Shown: piece after piece, positions 29,871 through 38,735 of the stretch | Layout of the letters: every line of letters begins with the position of its first letter | Position numbering within the stretch: the stretch's first letter is position 1 | Virus record (IMG/VR): IMGVR_UViG_3300020474_000993 | Length of the DNA: 64,000 bases | Origin: a virus | Strand: one strand, 5' to 3' | Notes under the pieces: model-generated | The model's database searches: none | Told to the model about the DNA's origin: nothing | The model's input: the letters and a program-made list of their open reading frames with translations, nothing else | Translations under genes and position numbers: made by a program

Positions 29871-29893
29871 TAATTAAAAGTGAGAGAAAAAAT

Positions 29894-30124
29894 ATGATAG
29901 ATTTTGTTGGTGCGAAGAATGGTGGTTTAGAGTTTACAACGATTTGTGACACTAAGATTTTTGGTGGTACACTTGAAGAGTGTGCTTTGATTATTGCGAA
30001 ACAAGGACTCGCCGACAGGGTGATGGGTTCTTCTTCTATGGACTTTGCTGATGAGTATGGTTTTAAGACTCAAGAAGGTGCCATGGAAATGTATCAATAC
30101 GCAATTAAGTTAAGTGGAGTATAA
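29894..30124 (+). CDS. early hypothetical protein
   Basis: First ORF after early promoter; SSSMDFA.EYGF motif. Confidence 0.7.
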   Translation: MIDFVGAKNGGLEFTTICDTKIFGGTLEECALIIAKQGLADRVMGSSSMDFADEYGFKTQEGAMEMYQYAIKLSGV

Positions 30125-30127
30125 AAT

Positions 30128-30355
30128 ATGACAGGATTAGTAGAAACAGAATTGACCGTGACTATGGAACAGTTGATTGAGAAGTTAGGTGCGCCCAAAG
30201 GCACTACCTATGAACAGTTGGATGAGGGACAACAGGCCCATGTCGATGGGTACTGTGAACAGTTTGACGATGAGATTGACCATGACGGAGGTCAATGTTA
30301 TTGTGGTGAGTACAATTGCCCAGACAACTATGTACATGCAACGAGCGGATGGTAA
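30128..30355 (+). CDS. early hypothetical protein (Cys/His C-terminus)
   Basis: C.CG...CPD.Y.H.TSGW. Confidence 0.65.
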   Translation: MTGLVETELTVTMEQLIEKLGAPKGTTYEQLDEGQQAHVDGYCEQFDDEIDHDGGQCYCGEYNCPDNYVHATSGW

Positions 30356-30963
30356 TGGTTAAGGTAAACAAAGAAAAAATAATTCTAACAGACTGTGATG
30401 GGGTTTGCCTTGATTGGGAATTCTCTTTCACACAATGGATGGCCCACAATGGGATGAATCCAGTTGGTGAAGACCACAAACTCAAGTATAAAGTTTCTGA
30501 TAGATTTGGAGTTACAGTCGCTGAAGGTCAGCGATTAACAGGACAGTTCAACAGTTCTGCCGCTATCGGATTTCTACCGCCTCTGAGAGATGCACAACAC
30601 TATATGAAGTTGTTGGCAGAGAAACACGGATATCGATTCGTGGCAGTCACTAGTCTACACAGTGACCCATATGCTCAAGAGTTAAGAACACAAAACCTTA
30701 AAAAGTTATTTGGTGAGGATACATTTGTTGAGTATCACTATTTAGAATGTGGTGCTGACAAGGACGAAATCCTATTAGAATTGGCGAATAAATACGAGGG
30801 ATGCCCTTGGATTGAAGATAAGTATATCAATGTTGAAGTTGGTATGAAAGTCGGATTCAAAGGATATCTGATTGAACATGGGCATAACCTAAACTATGAA
30901 GGTAATGCTACTGTAGTCAAAAACTGGGAGCAAATCTATGACGCAATTACTCAAGGAAGTTGA
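30355..30963 (+). CDS. HAD-superfamily phosphatase (5'-nucleotidase-like)
   Basis: DCDGV motif I, VTS, K, IED. Confidence 0.8.
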   Translation: MVKVNKEKIILTDCDGVCLDWEFSFTQWMAHNGMNPVGEDHKLKYKVSDRFGVTVAEGQRLTGQFNSSAAIGFLPPLRDAQHYMKLLAEKHGYRFVAVTSLHSDPYAQELRTQNLKKLFGEDTFVEYHYLECGADKDEILLELANKYEGCPWIEDKYINVEVGMKVGFKGYLIEHGHNLNYEGNATVVKNWEQIYDAITQGS

Positions 30964-31123
30964 CCACGATTCAGGCGCAGAGTTTGAATCATTCTGTCAC
31001 GAGTTATTTCACCAAAACTGTTCTGAGAGGGAGGCGTATAATGAACCGCTTCTTTCGTATGAGGAATATGTGACTAAGGCACGAAAATTTCTATTAGAGG
31101 AATTTAAAAAACAAAGGGGATAA
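30938..31123 (+). CDS. hypothetical protein
   Basis: N..ER..Y...L...EY pattern. Confidence 0.6.
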   Translation: MTQLLKEVDHDSGAEFESFCHELFHQNCSEREAYNEPLLSYEEYVTKARKFLLEEFKKQRG

Positions 31124-31124
31124 A

Positions 31125-31358
31125 ATGATAGGATTAGAACTGGCAGGAATTCTGCTCGGTATCGGTTTATACATTTCATATCACATGGGGTTTCGTAAAG
31201 GAACCGCAACATCAGCGCAAGCTACGATGATACTCATGCGAGAATTTCTTGCAGATAAAAAAGGATATGATTGGACTGATATCACACTAGGAAAAAACTT
31301 CAATCGACTAACCCGCTGGATGGAACAGTTGGAAAATGGTGACGAAGAGAAGTCCTAG
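31125..31358 (+). CDS. small membrane protein
   Basis: N-terminal TM helix. Confidence 0.6.
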   Translation: MIGLELAGILLGIGLYISYHMGFRKGTATSAQATMILMREFLADKKGYDWTDITLGKNFNRLTRWMEQLENGDEEKS

Positions 31359-31674
31359 TATAAGACAATACCAAGTTATGCTCAAAGACCATCACTTTAC
31401 ATGGGAAATGGACTATGAGATGAAGAATGGAGATGCACCGCCAGTAAGTATTCGCCGTAAACACGAACAACGCGAAGACATTTTGATAGAGTATTCTCAA
31501 TTATCTGAGATGCACAGCGAGTTATACAACGCTCATTTTAATCATGCGACAGTAAAGGATTCGCCCAAACCGAAACTGGTAGAGGCGGGAAGAGAAAACG
31601 GAAAAATCGTCTATAAAATAATACATGATACAGGGGACGGTTTAATTTTTGATTGGAGGAAACAACATGTATGA
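31336..31674 (+). CDS. hypothetical protein
   Basis: 112-aa ORF in operon. Confidence 0.55.
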   Translation: MVTKRSPSIRQYQVMLKDHHFTWEMDYEMKNGDAPPVSIRRKHEQREDILIEYSQLSEMHSELYNAHFNHATVKDSPKPKLVEAGRENGKIVYKIIHDTGDGLIFDWRKQHV

Positions 31675-32032
31675 ATATAATGTAGTGATACAACGCTGGG
31701 TAGATGGCGACACGGTTGATGTGGACATAGACCTAGGCTTTGGTGTATGGTTAAATGACCAGAGAGTACGCCTTGCTGGCATCAACGCACCAGAGAGTAG
31801 AACGCGAGACTTAGAAGAGAAGAAACTAGGACTGGCGGCAAAAGACTTCTGTAAAAACTTTATCAATGAAGGGTCATATGCTAAATTGGTATGTAAGCAG
31901 TATGATGCCAAGGGTAAGTTTGGTAGGATTTTGGGGGAGATTTGGAGCGTAACGAATTTCGCAGACAAATCATTAAACGAATATTTACTTGACAAAGGAC
32001 ACGCTACAGTATACAATGGCGGCAAAAGATAG
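31667..32032 (+). CDS. thermonuclease (SNase-like)
   Basis: DGDTV.V.IDLGF, RL.GI.APE, GKFGRIL. Confidence 0.9.
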   Translation: MYEYNVVIQRWVDGDTVDVDIDLGFGVWLNDQRVRLAGINAPESRTRDLEEKKLGLAAKDFCKNFINEGSYAKLVCKQYDAKGKFGRILGEIWSVTNFADKSLNEYLLDKGHATVYNGGKR

Positions 32033-33008
32033 AGACTACGGCAAACCTAGATTACCAAGAACGCTAATCACTGGTGGTTGCTCATTTACAGCACACCAAG
32101 TAGAAGAAACTCTTTCTTGGGCAAATCAGTTAGACCAGAAATACGATAATGTAATTAACACCGCTGAGATGGCAAGTGGGAATCAGATTATCTGTGACAG
32201 GATATGCTACGAATTAAGCAAACCCGAAGTCACGAGTGAAAACACAATGGTCGCTGTCATGTGGTCATCGCCATGGAGAAAAGAGTTCTTGCTCACATCC
32301 GATTACCCAGACTGGCAAGAATTATGGCAGAAATTTCATAGGGACAAGACAGGATTTAGCAACTATATTCTAACAGATAAAGTCCATGAGAAACATCCAA
32401 CATCTAACTGGCTCATCGTAGGGGGCGGATATGGTATATGGAATTACGAAGTAAACGCGCTGGACGCTAAATTGGAGAACTATTTTAGAGATATCTGGAG
32501 TCCAGAGGAAGCGTATGTAAGCACTCTGAGGGCCATGATTACTGTACAAGCGCTGTGTGAGGCAAAAAGAATTCCGCTGTTAAACATGACATGGCAGAGT
32601 ATTTTCCATGACCTAGGCAGTAAAGATTTCGAGAGTGAAGAGAGTTTTTGGAAGAAGGATATAGTCAGCACGACAGGATGGTTATATACAAGACTGAGAA
32701 CAGCATTTAGCAACAGATTAAGAAAAGCGGGATTGGATGAACAGGAATTAAAATCCGATATGCATAACAAAAGAATTGATAGATTGTACCCTAATACAAA
32801 ACACTGGTTTGAGCTAGTCGATTGGGGTACATGGCACTTCTATGAAAATGATTTGGTAGAGAAAGGTGGATTACAGGAGTATTCGCATTTTGAGTGTGGC
32901 ACACCAAGTGAAGAATTAAAAGTACATCCCAGTAAAGAAGTGCAGAAAAAATGGTTGAATAGAATAATGAAAGTACTTGAGGAAAAATATGGCATGGAAA
33001 CGAATTAA
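32016..33008 (+). CDS. SGNH-like (DUF6071-like) protein
   Basis: GGCSFT, SGN, VMWS...R, HPS. Confidence 0.65.
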   Translation: MAAKDRDYGKPRLPRTLITGGCSFTAHQVEETLSWANQLDQKYDNVINTAEMASGNQIICDRICYELSKPEVTSENTMVAVMWSSPWRKEFLLTSDYPDWQELWQKFHRDKTGFSNYILTDKVHEKHPTSNWLIVGGGYGIWNYEVNALDAKLENYFRDIWSPEEAYVSTLRAMITVQALCEAKRIPLLNMTWQSIFHDLGSKDFESEESFWKKDIVSTTGWLYTRLRTAFSNRLRKAGLDEQELKSDMHNKRIDRLYPNTKHWFELVDWGTWHFYENDLVEKGGLQEYSHFECGTPSEELKVHPSKEVQKKWLNRIMKVLEEKYGMETN

Positions 33009-33195
33009 AGAAACTCTATGGGGAAACCCAAATAAAGGTATCAGTGGGGTTAGAGAAGCAGACCCGAATGACTTAACACTAGAGAACGCATATAAGACAA
33101 GATGGATATGGTATCACACAATATTAGGAATCGAATTATTAATCGTTATTATAGTACAAGTCGCTATCTTAACACTACTGGCAGTGAAATTATGA
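32989..33195 (+). CDS. small membrane protein
   Basis: NAYKTRWIWYHTIL followed by TM helix. Confidence 0.65.
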   Translation: MAWKRIKETLWGNPNKGISGVREADPNDLTLENAYKTRWIWYHTILGIELLIVIIVQVAILTLLAVKL

Positions 33196-33308
33196 TAGGA
33201 TTCTTAGAAAGAGTATTCTTCATTGCTTTAGGTTATTGGTTAGCAAAAGGGATGCCAACACCAGATTGTATATTTGGTTGGTGTCAGACAGTAAACACAA
33301 CGACATAA
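33192..33308 (+). CDS. small hypothetical protein (38 aa)
   Basis: ATGA overlap with upstream gene. Confidence 0.45.
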   Translation: MIGFLERVFFIALGYWLAKGMPTPDCIFGWCQTVNTTT

Positions 33309-33319
33309 GGAGAAACAGT

Positions 33320-33412
33320 ATGGTGTTTGAGTGCTTCATACAGATAGCATTAGCATTTATTATTGGATATCTTATAGGAAAGTACAGGGGAGATGGTGAC
33401 CATTATGCCTAA
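33320..33412 (+). CDS. 30-aa membrane peptide
   Basis: AAGGAG RBS; MVFECFIQIALAFIIGYLIGKY... Confidence 0.5.
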   Translation: MVFECFIQIALAFIIGYLIGKYRGDGDHYA

Positions 33413-33557
33413 AAAACATGGTGTAAAGGTAAACATCGTAAACAGTCTGAGTCGCTCTGAGACAAAAAGGAATAAACGACATAGTAATAAGACAATCAGA
33501 CAGGCAGGGAGAAGAAGTTCTGTGCTTGAACTGAGAGGGGGGAAAAGTGGGAAATAG
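33405..33557 (+). CDS. 50-aa basic peptide
   Basis: MPKKHGVKVN...; overlaps previous stop. Confidence 0.4.
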   Translation: MPKKHGVKVNIVNSLSRSETKRNKRHSNKTIRQAGRRSSVLELRGGKSGK

Positions 33558-33565
33558 TGGTGATG

Positions 33566-33645
33566 TAAATCCGCGTGAGGGCAGGAGTGAGCGCCGCTGC
33601 CCGACTAAAAAATCAGACACCGCTGCCGCTCCCAGACGCGATTTA
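33566..33645 (-). ncRNA. candidate ~80-nt hairpin small RNA / origin transcript
   Basis: Starts just below the leftward promoter; stems taaatc-gcgt/acgc-g-gattta, gagcg/cgctc, tgtctga/tcgggca (G-U pairs only on minus strand). Confidence 0.45.
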
Positions 33646-33650
33646 AAGAG

Positions 33651-33679
33651 ATCATACCATAGGCAGTGGCAATTGTCAA
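33651..33679 (-). promoter_or_regulatory. leftward sigma70-type promoter
   Basis: TTGACA-17-TATGAT on minus strand. Confidence 0.7.
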
Positions 33680-33752
33680 GCGAAAGGCGCCCTCTATGGA
33701 CACAGTGGCAGGAGTGGCTCTGATCTTTTTTCACATAAAACGAAAATAATGC

Positions 33753-33781
33753 TTGACAAGTGCTTATCTAATGTGTATAAT
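33753..33781 (+). promoter_or_regulatory. consensus sigma70 promoter
   Basis: TTGACA-17-TATAAT. Confidence 0.8.
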
Positions 33782-33858
33782 AGGGTGTTCCCTTTAAGAA
33801 GAGTAATGGCTGCTGCTAAGTCATTGATATATAAGGGAATAATAAAGTAAAATAATCC

Positions 33859-33887
33859 TTGACATCTGGTTCGTACTGTGTCATGAT
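33859..33887 (+). promoter_or_regulatory. early promoter driving structured RNA
   Basis: TTGACA-17-CATGAT, preceded by inverted TAAGTCATTGATAT box. Confidence 0.75.
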
Positions 33888-33897
33888 CACTAAGTAA

Positions 33898-34290
33898 TTG
33901 AGATGAGGAGAGACCATTGAGTTGACAATAGATTAAACCCCAGTTAAACCGCACCATCTCACCGTGATTGAGGTTCAGAAAGAGTGCTATCGGGGTCGGA
34001 TATGAATCACGGGGCCAATGTGAAAGGTGGCATGACCACGCTCCGCATTGACCAAGGCAGGGGGGACGCAGCCCCATCAAAAGGCGGAGAGACAACTAAA
34101 AGGAGAGTCCAGTAGCGAAATTGCAAGCCGGCAAAGATGCGTGAATGGACAGGGCAGTTCGCTGCTAACGGTGTGGTGACCTAATACACCCGCCGCTCCC
34201 CCACGGTTAGGGGAGCACCACCCAGCTCGAAGCGGCCTATGCTTTGGGATCGAGGTGGTCGCCCTTACAAGGGCATCTGGCATCCCCCCT
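33898..34290 (+). ncRNA. candidate large structured non-coding RNA (~395 nt), family unrecognised
   Basis: GC-rich, no credible ORF, about ten helices including long-range 34059-34069/34280-34290; begins at a predicted TSS. Confidence 0.7.
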
Positions 34291-34359
34291 AGTACATTGC
34301 TAAAAAAAGATTTTGCCCAGTACAGGATTGCCACACAGAATTTTTTTCGGGATATAATT

Positions 34360-34797
34360 ATGGCAGATATAATTTTTGATGTAGACGGCACTCTTATGGA
34401 TATAGAACATAGGAGACAATTCGTCACACAGCGTCCCAAGGACTTTAAATCGTTTCGTGAACATACCCAATTCGATACAAGGAAAGAGGACATCTTTGCC
34501 ATTGCGGATGCGTTACAGGCACAGGGTCATCGTATTCTTATATCTACTGGTCGTATTAAATCAGAACATGATATCACCGTTAAACAGATACGAGATGGCG
34601 GTATAGACTTTGAAGCAATATACATGCGTTCTGATACAGACTACCGTCCCGATGATGAATTAAAAGAAGGATACCTAGAGAAGATGCGTAGAGATGGTTA
34701 CAATCCTACTATGGCATTTGATGACCGTCAGCGTGTTGTAGATATGTTTCGTTCTAAGGGATTAACAGTATTTCAAGTGGCAGAAGGAGATTTTTAA
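34360..34797 (+). CDS. HAD 3'-phosphatase (C-terminal domain of T4 Pnkp/PseT)
   Basis: FDVDGTL, STGR, MR...D.RPD...K, FDDR..VV, GL.VFQVA.GDF. Confidence 0.85.
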   Translation: MADIIFDVDGTLMDIEHRRQFVTQRPKDFKSFREHTQFDTRKEDIFAIADALQAQGHRILISTGRIKSEHDITVKQIRDGGIDFEAIYMRSDTDYRPDDELKEGYLEKMRRDGYNPTMAFDDRQRVVDMFRSKGLTVFQVAEGDF

Positions 34798-34982
34798 TGT
34801 ATACATACTTAAAAGAAATCACAGAGTGGGATGAACCTATACCCAATCACACATATATATTTAATGAAAAGAATCAGAATGTCGGTTATATAAAGACTGG
34901 CACTACTGAGTCTATATTCTATGCGAAACCTTCTACATTGTTTAGTAAGTCGCGTAGGAAGTTTATTACTCTTAAACGGTGA
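34797..34982 (+). CDS. conserved small hypothetical protein
   Basis: LKEITEW...PNHTY...F...RRKF; TAATG coupling. Confidence 0.7.
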   Translation: MYTYLKEITEWDEPIPNHTYIFNEKNQNVGYIKTGTTESIFYAKPSTLFSKSRRKFITLKR

Positions 34983-35164
34983 AATATGAATGAAACAAAA
35001 AACAGTAAATATCCTAGTACAAACAATCTTTTGGGGTTGCGTAATATTGGGAGCAATTTTTATTACAGTGCCAGTGCATTAGCATTCCTTACTTGGGCAT
35101 TATATGATAGTCTTTATATGATGGTACTAGAGGTTTGGTGTGTAGCATATGGAATTCTTATGTA

Positions 35165-35920
35165 ATGGGAGTTTATGGTGGGCATCAACCGAAAGAGATA
35201 TCTTTTGAACTGACAAAGAATCAGCGGAAAGGTCAACTTTGGGTATATGGAGATTCATTCGCAGCTCAACCAGCACCTTGGTTGGATATCGTTGCAAAAG
35301 ATTTAAATCTAACTCAAGCAAATCATGCGTGGCCTGGTTCTTCACTGGAATACACCAGCGTACAAATCAACAAAACAATGGATTTGTGGGAAAAACAGGA
35401 TGTCGTTATTGTTTGTCTTACTGAGGTATTGCGTATATGGGAAAGATGGGAACATAAAGACCACGGTACTAAACATTTCAGAGGACAACATGTACCCGAA
35501 TCTGCAATTCTTGATATGAAAGACAGCAAGGGTTCCAAGGGTCTTGAGAATCTACCTCTTCAACCTACCATACAGATTAACACTGCACTACGCAATCATC
35601 TCATAAGAGTTTTATCCTATGCGAATGTGCGTGCCGTGGTGGTGCTTGATGGGTTTAAGAACAAGGCAAACAGTTCCATGACTATTCCGAGCAATCTAAT
35701 CTATAGTGAAGAGGGATATCTCATGGAGGTTAGTATCAAGGAACCAGAGGGTTGGTACAATTTCAGCACATTCGGGCCAGACTGGCGTAAGAATCACCTA
35801 TCGGAAGTTAACCACCCTATCCTAGCGGAAAAGGTAGTAACAGGAGTACTGGAAAAATCGTCCGTAAACCTTACCTTCGGTTTTGAAAAAGATATATTTA
35901 GGGTCGGTGAGGAAAAATAG
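35165..35920 (+). CDS. SGNH-like protein
   Basis: YGDSF, N.A.PGSS, NHLS..NH.ILA. Confidence 0.65.
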   Translation: MGVYGGHQPKEISFELTKNQRKGQLWVYGDSFAAQPAPWLDIVAKDLNLTQANHAWPGSSLEYTSVQINKTMDLWEKQDVVIVCLTEVLRIWERWEHKDHGTKHFRGQHVPESAILDMKDSKGSKGLENLPLQPTIQINTALRNHLIRVLSYANVRAVVVLDGFKNKANSSMTIPSNLIYSEEGYLMEVSIKEPEGWYNFSTFGPDWRKNHLSEVNHPILAEKVVTGVLEKSSVNLTFGFEKDIFRVGEEK

Positions 35921-36946
35921 GTGGATTATCAGATTGATGGTATAGACGGGCTTGGCGTTAAGGGGGAACTATGGGGTATAATTGTTTCGGGGAAGTTTAA
36001 AGAACATGATTTATTAGTCTATAACGCATACGAAGCAGAACTGGGCCCAGAAACCGATTACTATGAGATGGGTAAGTATGTCAAAAGTTATACAGAGATT
36101 ACTGGCGCATCCAATCTAAATCGTTTCATACCTAGACTAGATAATGTACATATAATTTCATGGCCATATCACTGGTTAAATGATACAATATGTCGATACG
36201 GTTCAAAGGGTGACCAGATTGACCTTAATTATTTCAAAGAGATTAACGCATATCCACCACCAAAACATCTATTTACCAGTATGATACGACAACCAAAACC
36301 CCATCGTGAAATGCTTTGGGATTTATTAAAGAGTCGGGACATGGTAAACGAGTTTTGTAGTTACGCACCAGAGGGTGTACACATTGATTTGAAAGAACAA
36401 AAATCTGAGGGTCAGATTTTCTTTCACAATGATGACGAGGATATACAGGCAAGAACGCATATGCCTCCGACTTGGTATAAAGATGTATTATTCGATGTTA
36501 TCTGTGAAACACATCATGAAGATAATATGATGTTCTTCACCGAAAAGACTTGGAAGGCATTTCTTGGTATGAAGTATCCGCTTATTCTAGGTGCGAAAGG
36601 TATACATGCACATTTGGAAAAGTTGGGATTTAGATTTCCGTGGAATCTACCATATCGATTCGATGGAGAACCTCACATATACAATAGGGCAAAACAACTA
36701 GTGCTTACTCTGGAGTATGTACAGGAGGCAACGGTGAAAAGGGTATCGCAATTTGGAAAAGAGGCCACCGTTGGGGATTTATATAAGGAATGGTATAATG
36801 ACTTACTATGGAATCAGCGATTAGCACTCAATTTATGTGCTGAGAACCCCCCAGATTGCTTCGGATCAGTCCCATGTCCGCCAGAATGGTATCGACATTG
36901 GTTATTTTCGAGTTCAATAGCGACAAATACAACAGCAAATTTATAA
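35921..36946 (+). CDS. GT10-like (TEKT-motif) glycosyltransferase-related protein
   Basis: PHRE.L, ICET....FFTEKTWK....P..LG...L..LGF. Confidence 0.5.
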   Translation: MDYQIDGIDGLGVKGELWGIIVSGKFKEHDLLVYNAYEAELGPETDYYEMGKYVKSYTEITGASNLNRFIPRLDNVHIISWPYHWLNDTICRYGSKGDQIDLNYFKEINAYPPPKHLFTSMIRQPKPHREMLWDLLKSRDMVNEFCSYAPEGVHIDLKEQKSEGQIFFHNDDEDIQARTHMPPTWYKDVLFDVICETHHEDNMMFFTEKTWKAFLGMKYPLILGAKGIHAHLEKLGFRFPWNLPYRFDGEPHIYNRAKQLVLTLEYVQEATVKRVSQFGKEATVGDLYKEWYNDLLWNQRLALNLCAENPPDCFGSVPCPPEWYRHWLFSSSIATNTTANL

Positions 36947-37050
36947 AAAAATTCAATTATTTTGCTTTATCTAGGAATATCAATGGCTTACAGAGGCAGC
37001 TTTTTCTTGACATTTGCTTCAAATTATGGGATCATGATCCTGTAATCAAT
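36946..37050 (+). promoter_or_regulatory. early promoter cassette (copy 2)
   Basis: AT-tract, ATATCAATGGCTTAC at 36977, TTGACA at 37007, GATCATGATC. Confidence 0.75.
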
Positions 37051-37068
37051 TGAGAGAGGTCTAAAACC

Positions 37069-37431
37069 ATGGCGTATGTATCCCAAGAAAAGAAAAAAGA
37101 ACTTGCGGTTGGAATCAAATCGGTACTGAAAAAGTACGGTATGAAAGGTTCTATCGCGGTTAACAATCATTCCACATTAGTGGTCAATCTGAAGTCTGGC
37201 CCCATCAACTTCAAGGCGCAAAACGAACATTATCAAGTTAATCCTTACCATGTCGAGTCACAATGGACTGGCGTTGCTAAGGAGTTTCTGCTTGAGTTGT
37301 TGGAAGCGATGAAGGGTGAAGGTACTGGATGGTTCGATAAGTCGGACATCATGACTGACTACTTCCACACTGCTTGGTACAATGATATCAACATTGGAAA
37401 GTGGAACAAAACCTACGAACTAACTGTTTAA
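37069..37431 (+). CDS. early protein, LPD25-like
   Basis: MAYVSQE.KK, DIMTDYFHTAWY..INIGKW. Confidence 0.65.
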   Translation: MAYVSQEKKKELAVGIKSVLKKYGMKGSIAVNNHSTLVVNLKSGPINFKAQNEHYQVNPYHVESQWTGVAKEFLLELLEAMKGEGTGWFDKSDIMTDYFHTAWYNDINIGKWNKTYELTV

Positions 37432-37449
37432 CTTTGAGAGAGTAATATT

Positions 37450-37713
37450 ATGAGTGTAGAAACTATCAAGAAAGAAATGCTGACCATGAGTCAAGAAGAG
37501 TTGAGTATGATTATTCATTATGCCCAACGCATCAAAACGGTATCCGCGACTGCCACCTTTTCGGTGGGTCAAAAGGTTACCGTCATTCAGAAAACCAAAC
37601 GCCGTGAGGGTGTCATTCTCAAGATGAACACCAAGAAGGCTCTTGTCGAGATGCCTTGGCAAGGTCGAATCGCTTCGGTTTCTGTTCCCTATTCTATGTT
37701 GGAGGCTGCGTAA
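37450..37713 (+). CDS. early hypothetical protein (SH3-like C-terminus)
   Basis: VGQKV...G.I.K.N.K...V. Confidence 0.65.
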   Translation: MSVETIKKEMLTMSQEELSMIIHYAQRIKTVSATATFSVGQKVTVIQKTKRREGVILKMNTKKALVEMPWQGRIASVSVPYSMLEAA

Positions 37714-37964
37714 TGATACGAGTGAAAAATCAAAATCGTAAACAGGTCATTGACCTTGATGGGTCTGACGGCAATGCTTTCGTTTTAATGGGCATTGCCC
37801 GTAGCGTATTGCGAAAAGGTGGTTCCAATGAATATTGTGAATTGGTTCTTAAAGAGATGCAATCAAGTGACTACAATAACCTAGTCAAAACTTTTGACAA
37901 GTATCTTGGTGAGTACTTCACCCTCGAAACCTCAAATGAGGAACTACTAGAGGCGATTGCTTAA
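37713..37964 (+). CDS. early hypothetical protein
   Basis: IDL.G.DGNAF.LMG...EM.S.DY..L...F. Confidence 0.7.
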   Translation: MIRVKNQNRKQVIDLDGSDGNAFVLMGIARSVLRKGGSNEYCELVLKEMQSSDYNNLVKTFDKYLGEYFTLETSNEELLEAIA

Positions 37965-38089
37965 TGAGTTGTCATTTTACTGAAGCATTTCTGGAACGGT
38001 ACTATGAGGAAGGCCTTGAAATGGGCATGACCGATGAACAGGCCTCCGAGTATGCAAACAAAATGCTAGAGGAGGCGCCTCAACCTTGA
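37964..38089 (+). CDS. 41-aa acidic peptide
   Basis: TAATG and TTGA coupling on both sides. Confidence 0.6.
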   Translation: MSCHFTEAFLERYYEEGLEMGMTDEQASEYANKMLEEAPQP

Positions 38090-38577
38090 GTCTGGTTCTT
38101 CGCGTGACAGGTGGAAACAAATTCCAAAAACAACTAGTGTTTGGTACGGTGCAATTTTGTATGCACCGTCTTCTACCTAATGTGCGTAAACTAGATATTA
38201 ATGTACATATCCGAAACTTCAAAGAAGATTCAAACATTGGATACTGTACCGATGATTCATCTGATGCCACTGACTTTGTTGGCAAATCACCTAGACGATT
38301 TCAGATTGAAATATCAAAAGACTTGAACTTGACAGATTTTATTAAGTGTGTCTTACATGAGTTTGTCCATCTCAAGCAGTTTGTACTTAGAGAGATGGTC
38401 GAATTAGATAGACAACGAACACGATGGAAAAGTAAGGTCATACCAGATACTACAAAATACTATGACCAGCCTTGGGAGAAAGAGGCGTATCGACTTGAAT
38501 CACAATTACTCTGGGAGTGCCTAGAGAATCAAGAATTTTTAACGAATAATATTAATGTAAATGGAGTGAGAATATGA
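38086..38577 (+). CDS. zinc metallopeptidase (HExxH)
   Basis: LHEFVHLKQ, Y...PWE.EAY. Confidence 0.8.
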   Translation: MSLVLRVTGGNKFQKQLVFGTVQFCMHRLLPNVRKLDINVHIRNFKEDSNIGYCTDDSSDATDFVGKSPRRFQIEISKDLNLTDFIKCVLHEFVHLKQFVLREMVELDRQRTRWKSKVIPDTTKYYDQPWEKEAYRLESQLLWECLENQEFLTNNINVNGVRI

Positions 38578-38732
38578 TTAGATGGTGTGTAGGATTCTTT
38601 TTAGTACTTGGTAGTGTTGGTGGTTTGGAAAATATGACCATGACTGTTACTGAGACTTTGGCGTTTGCCTTTATGGGGCTTGCGTTGATGGGTTGGGCGA
38701 CTGCCGATTTCAATAAGCAATATGGCGAGTAA
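38574..38732 (+). CDS. 52-aa membrane protein
   Basis: GGAG RBS, ATGA overlap, two hydrophobic segments. Confidence 0.55.
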   Translation: MIRWCVGFFLVLGSVGGLENMTMTVTETLAFAFMGLALMGWATADFNKQYGE

Positions 38733-38735
38733 TTA

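Noticed and set aside
34098-34112. aggagagtcc resembling the RNase P GAGGAAAGUCC motif
   Set aside because: No matching 3' P4 strand or other conserved regions found
33372-34502. Minus-strand ORFs 33372-33734, 33694-34095, 34077-34502 and the 5' extension of ORF 34255
   Set aside because: Atypical composition, no RBS or motifs; they cross promoters and the structured RNA, so they are shadows of GC-rich non-coding sequence
34986-35165. Two overlapping tiny ORFs (ATG 34986 and ATG 34990)
   Set aside because: Cannot tell which frame, if either, is real
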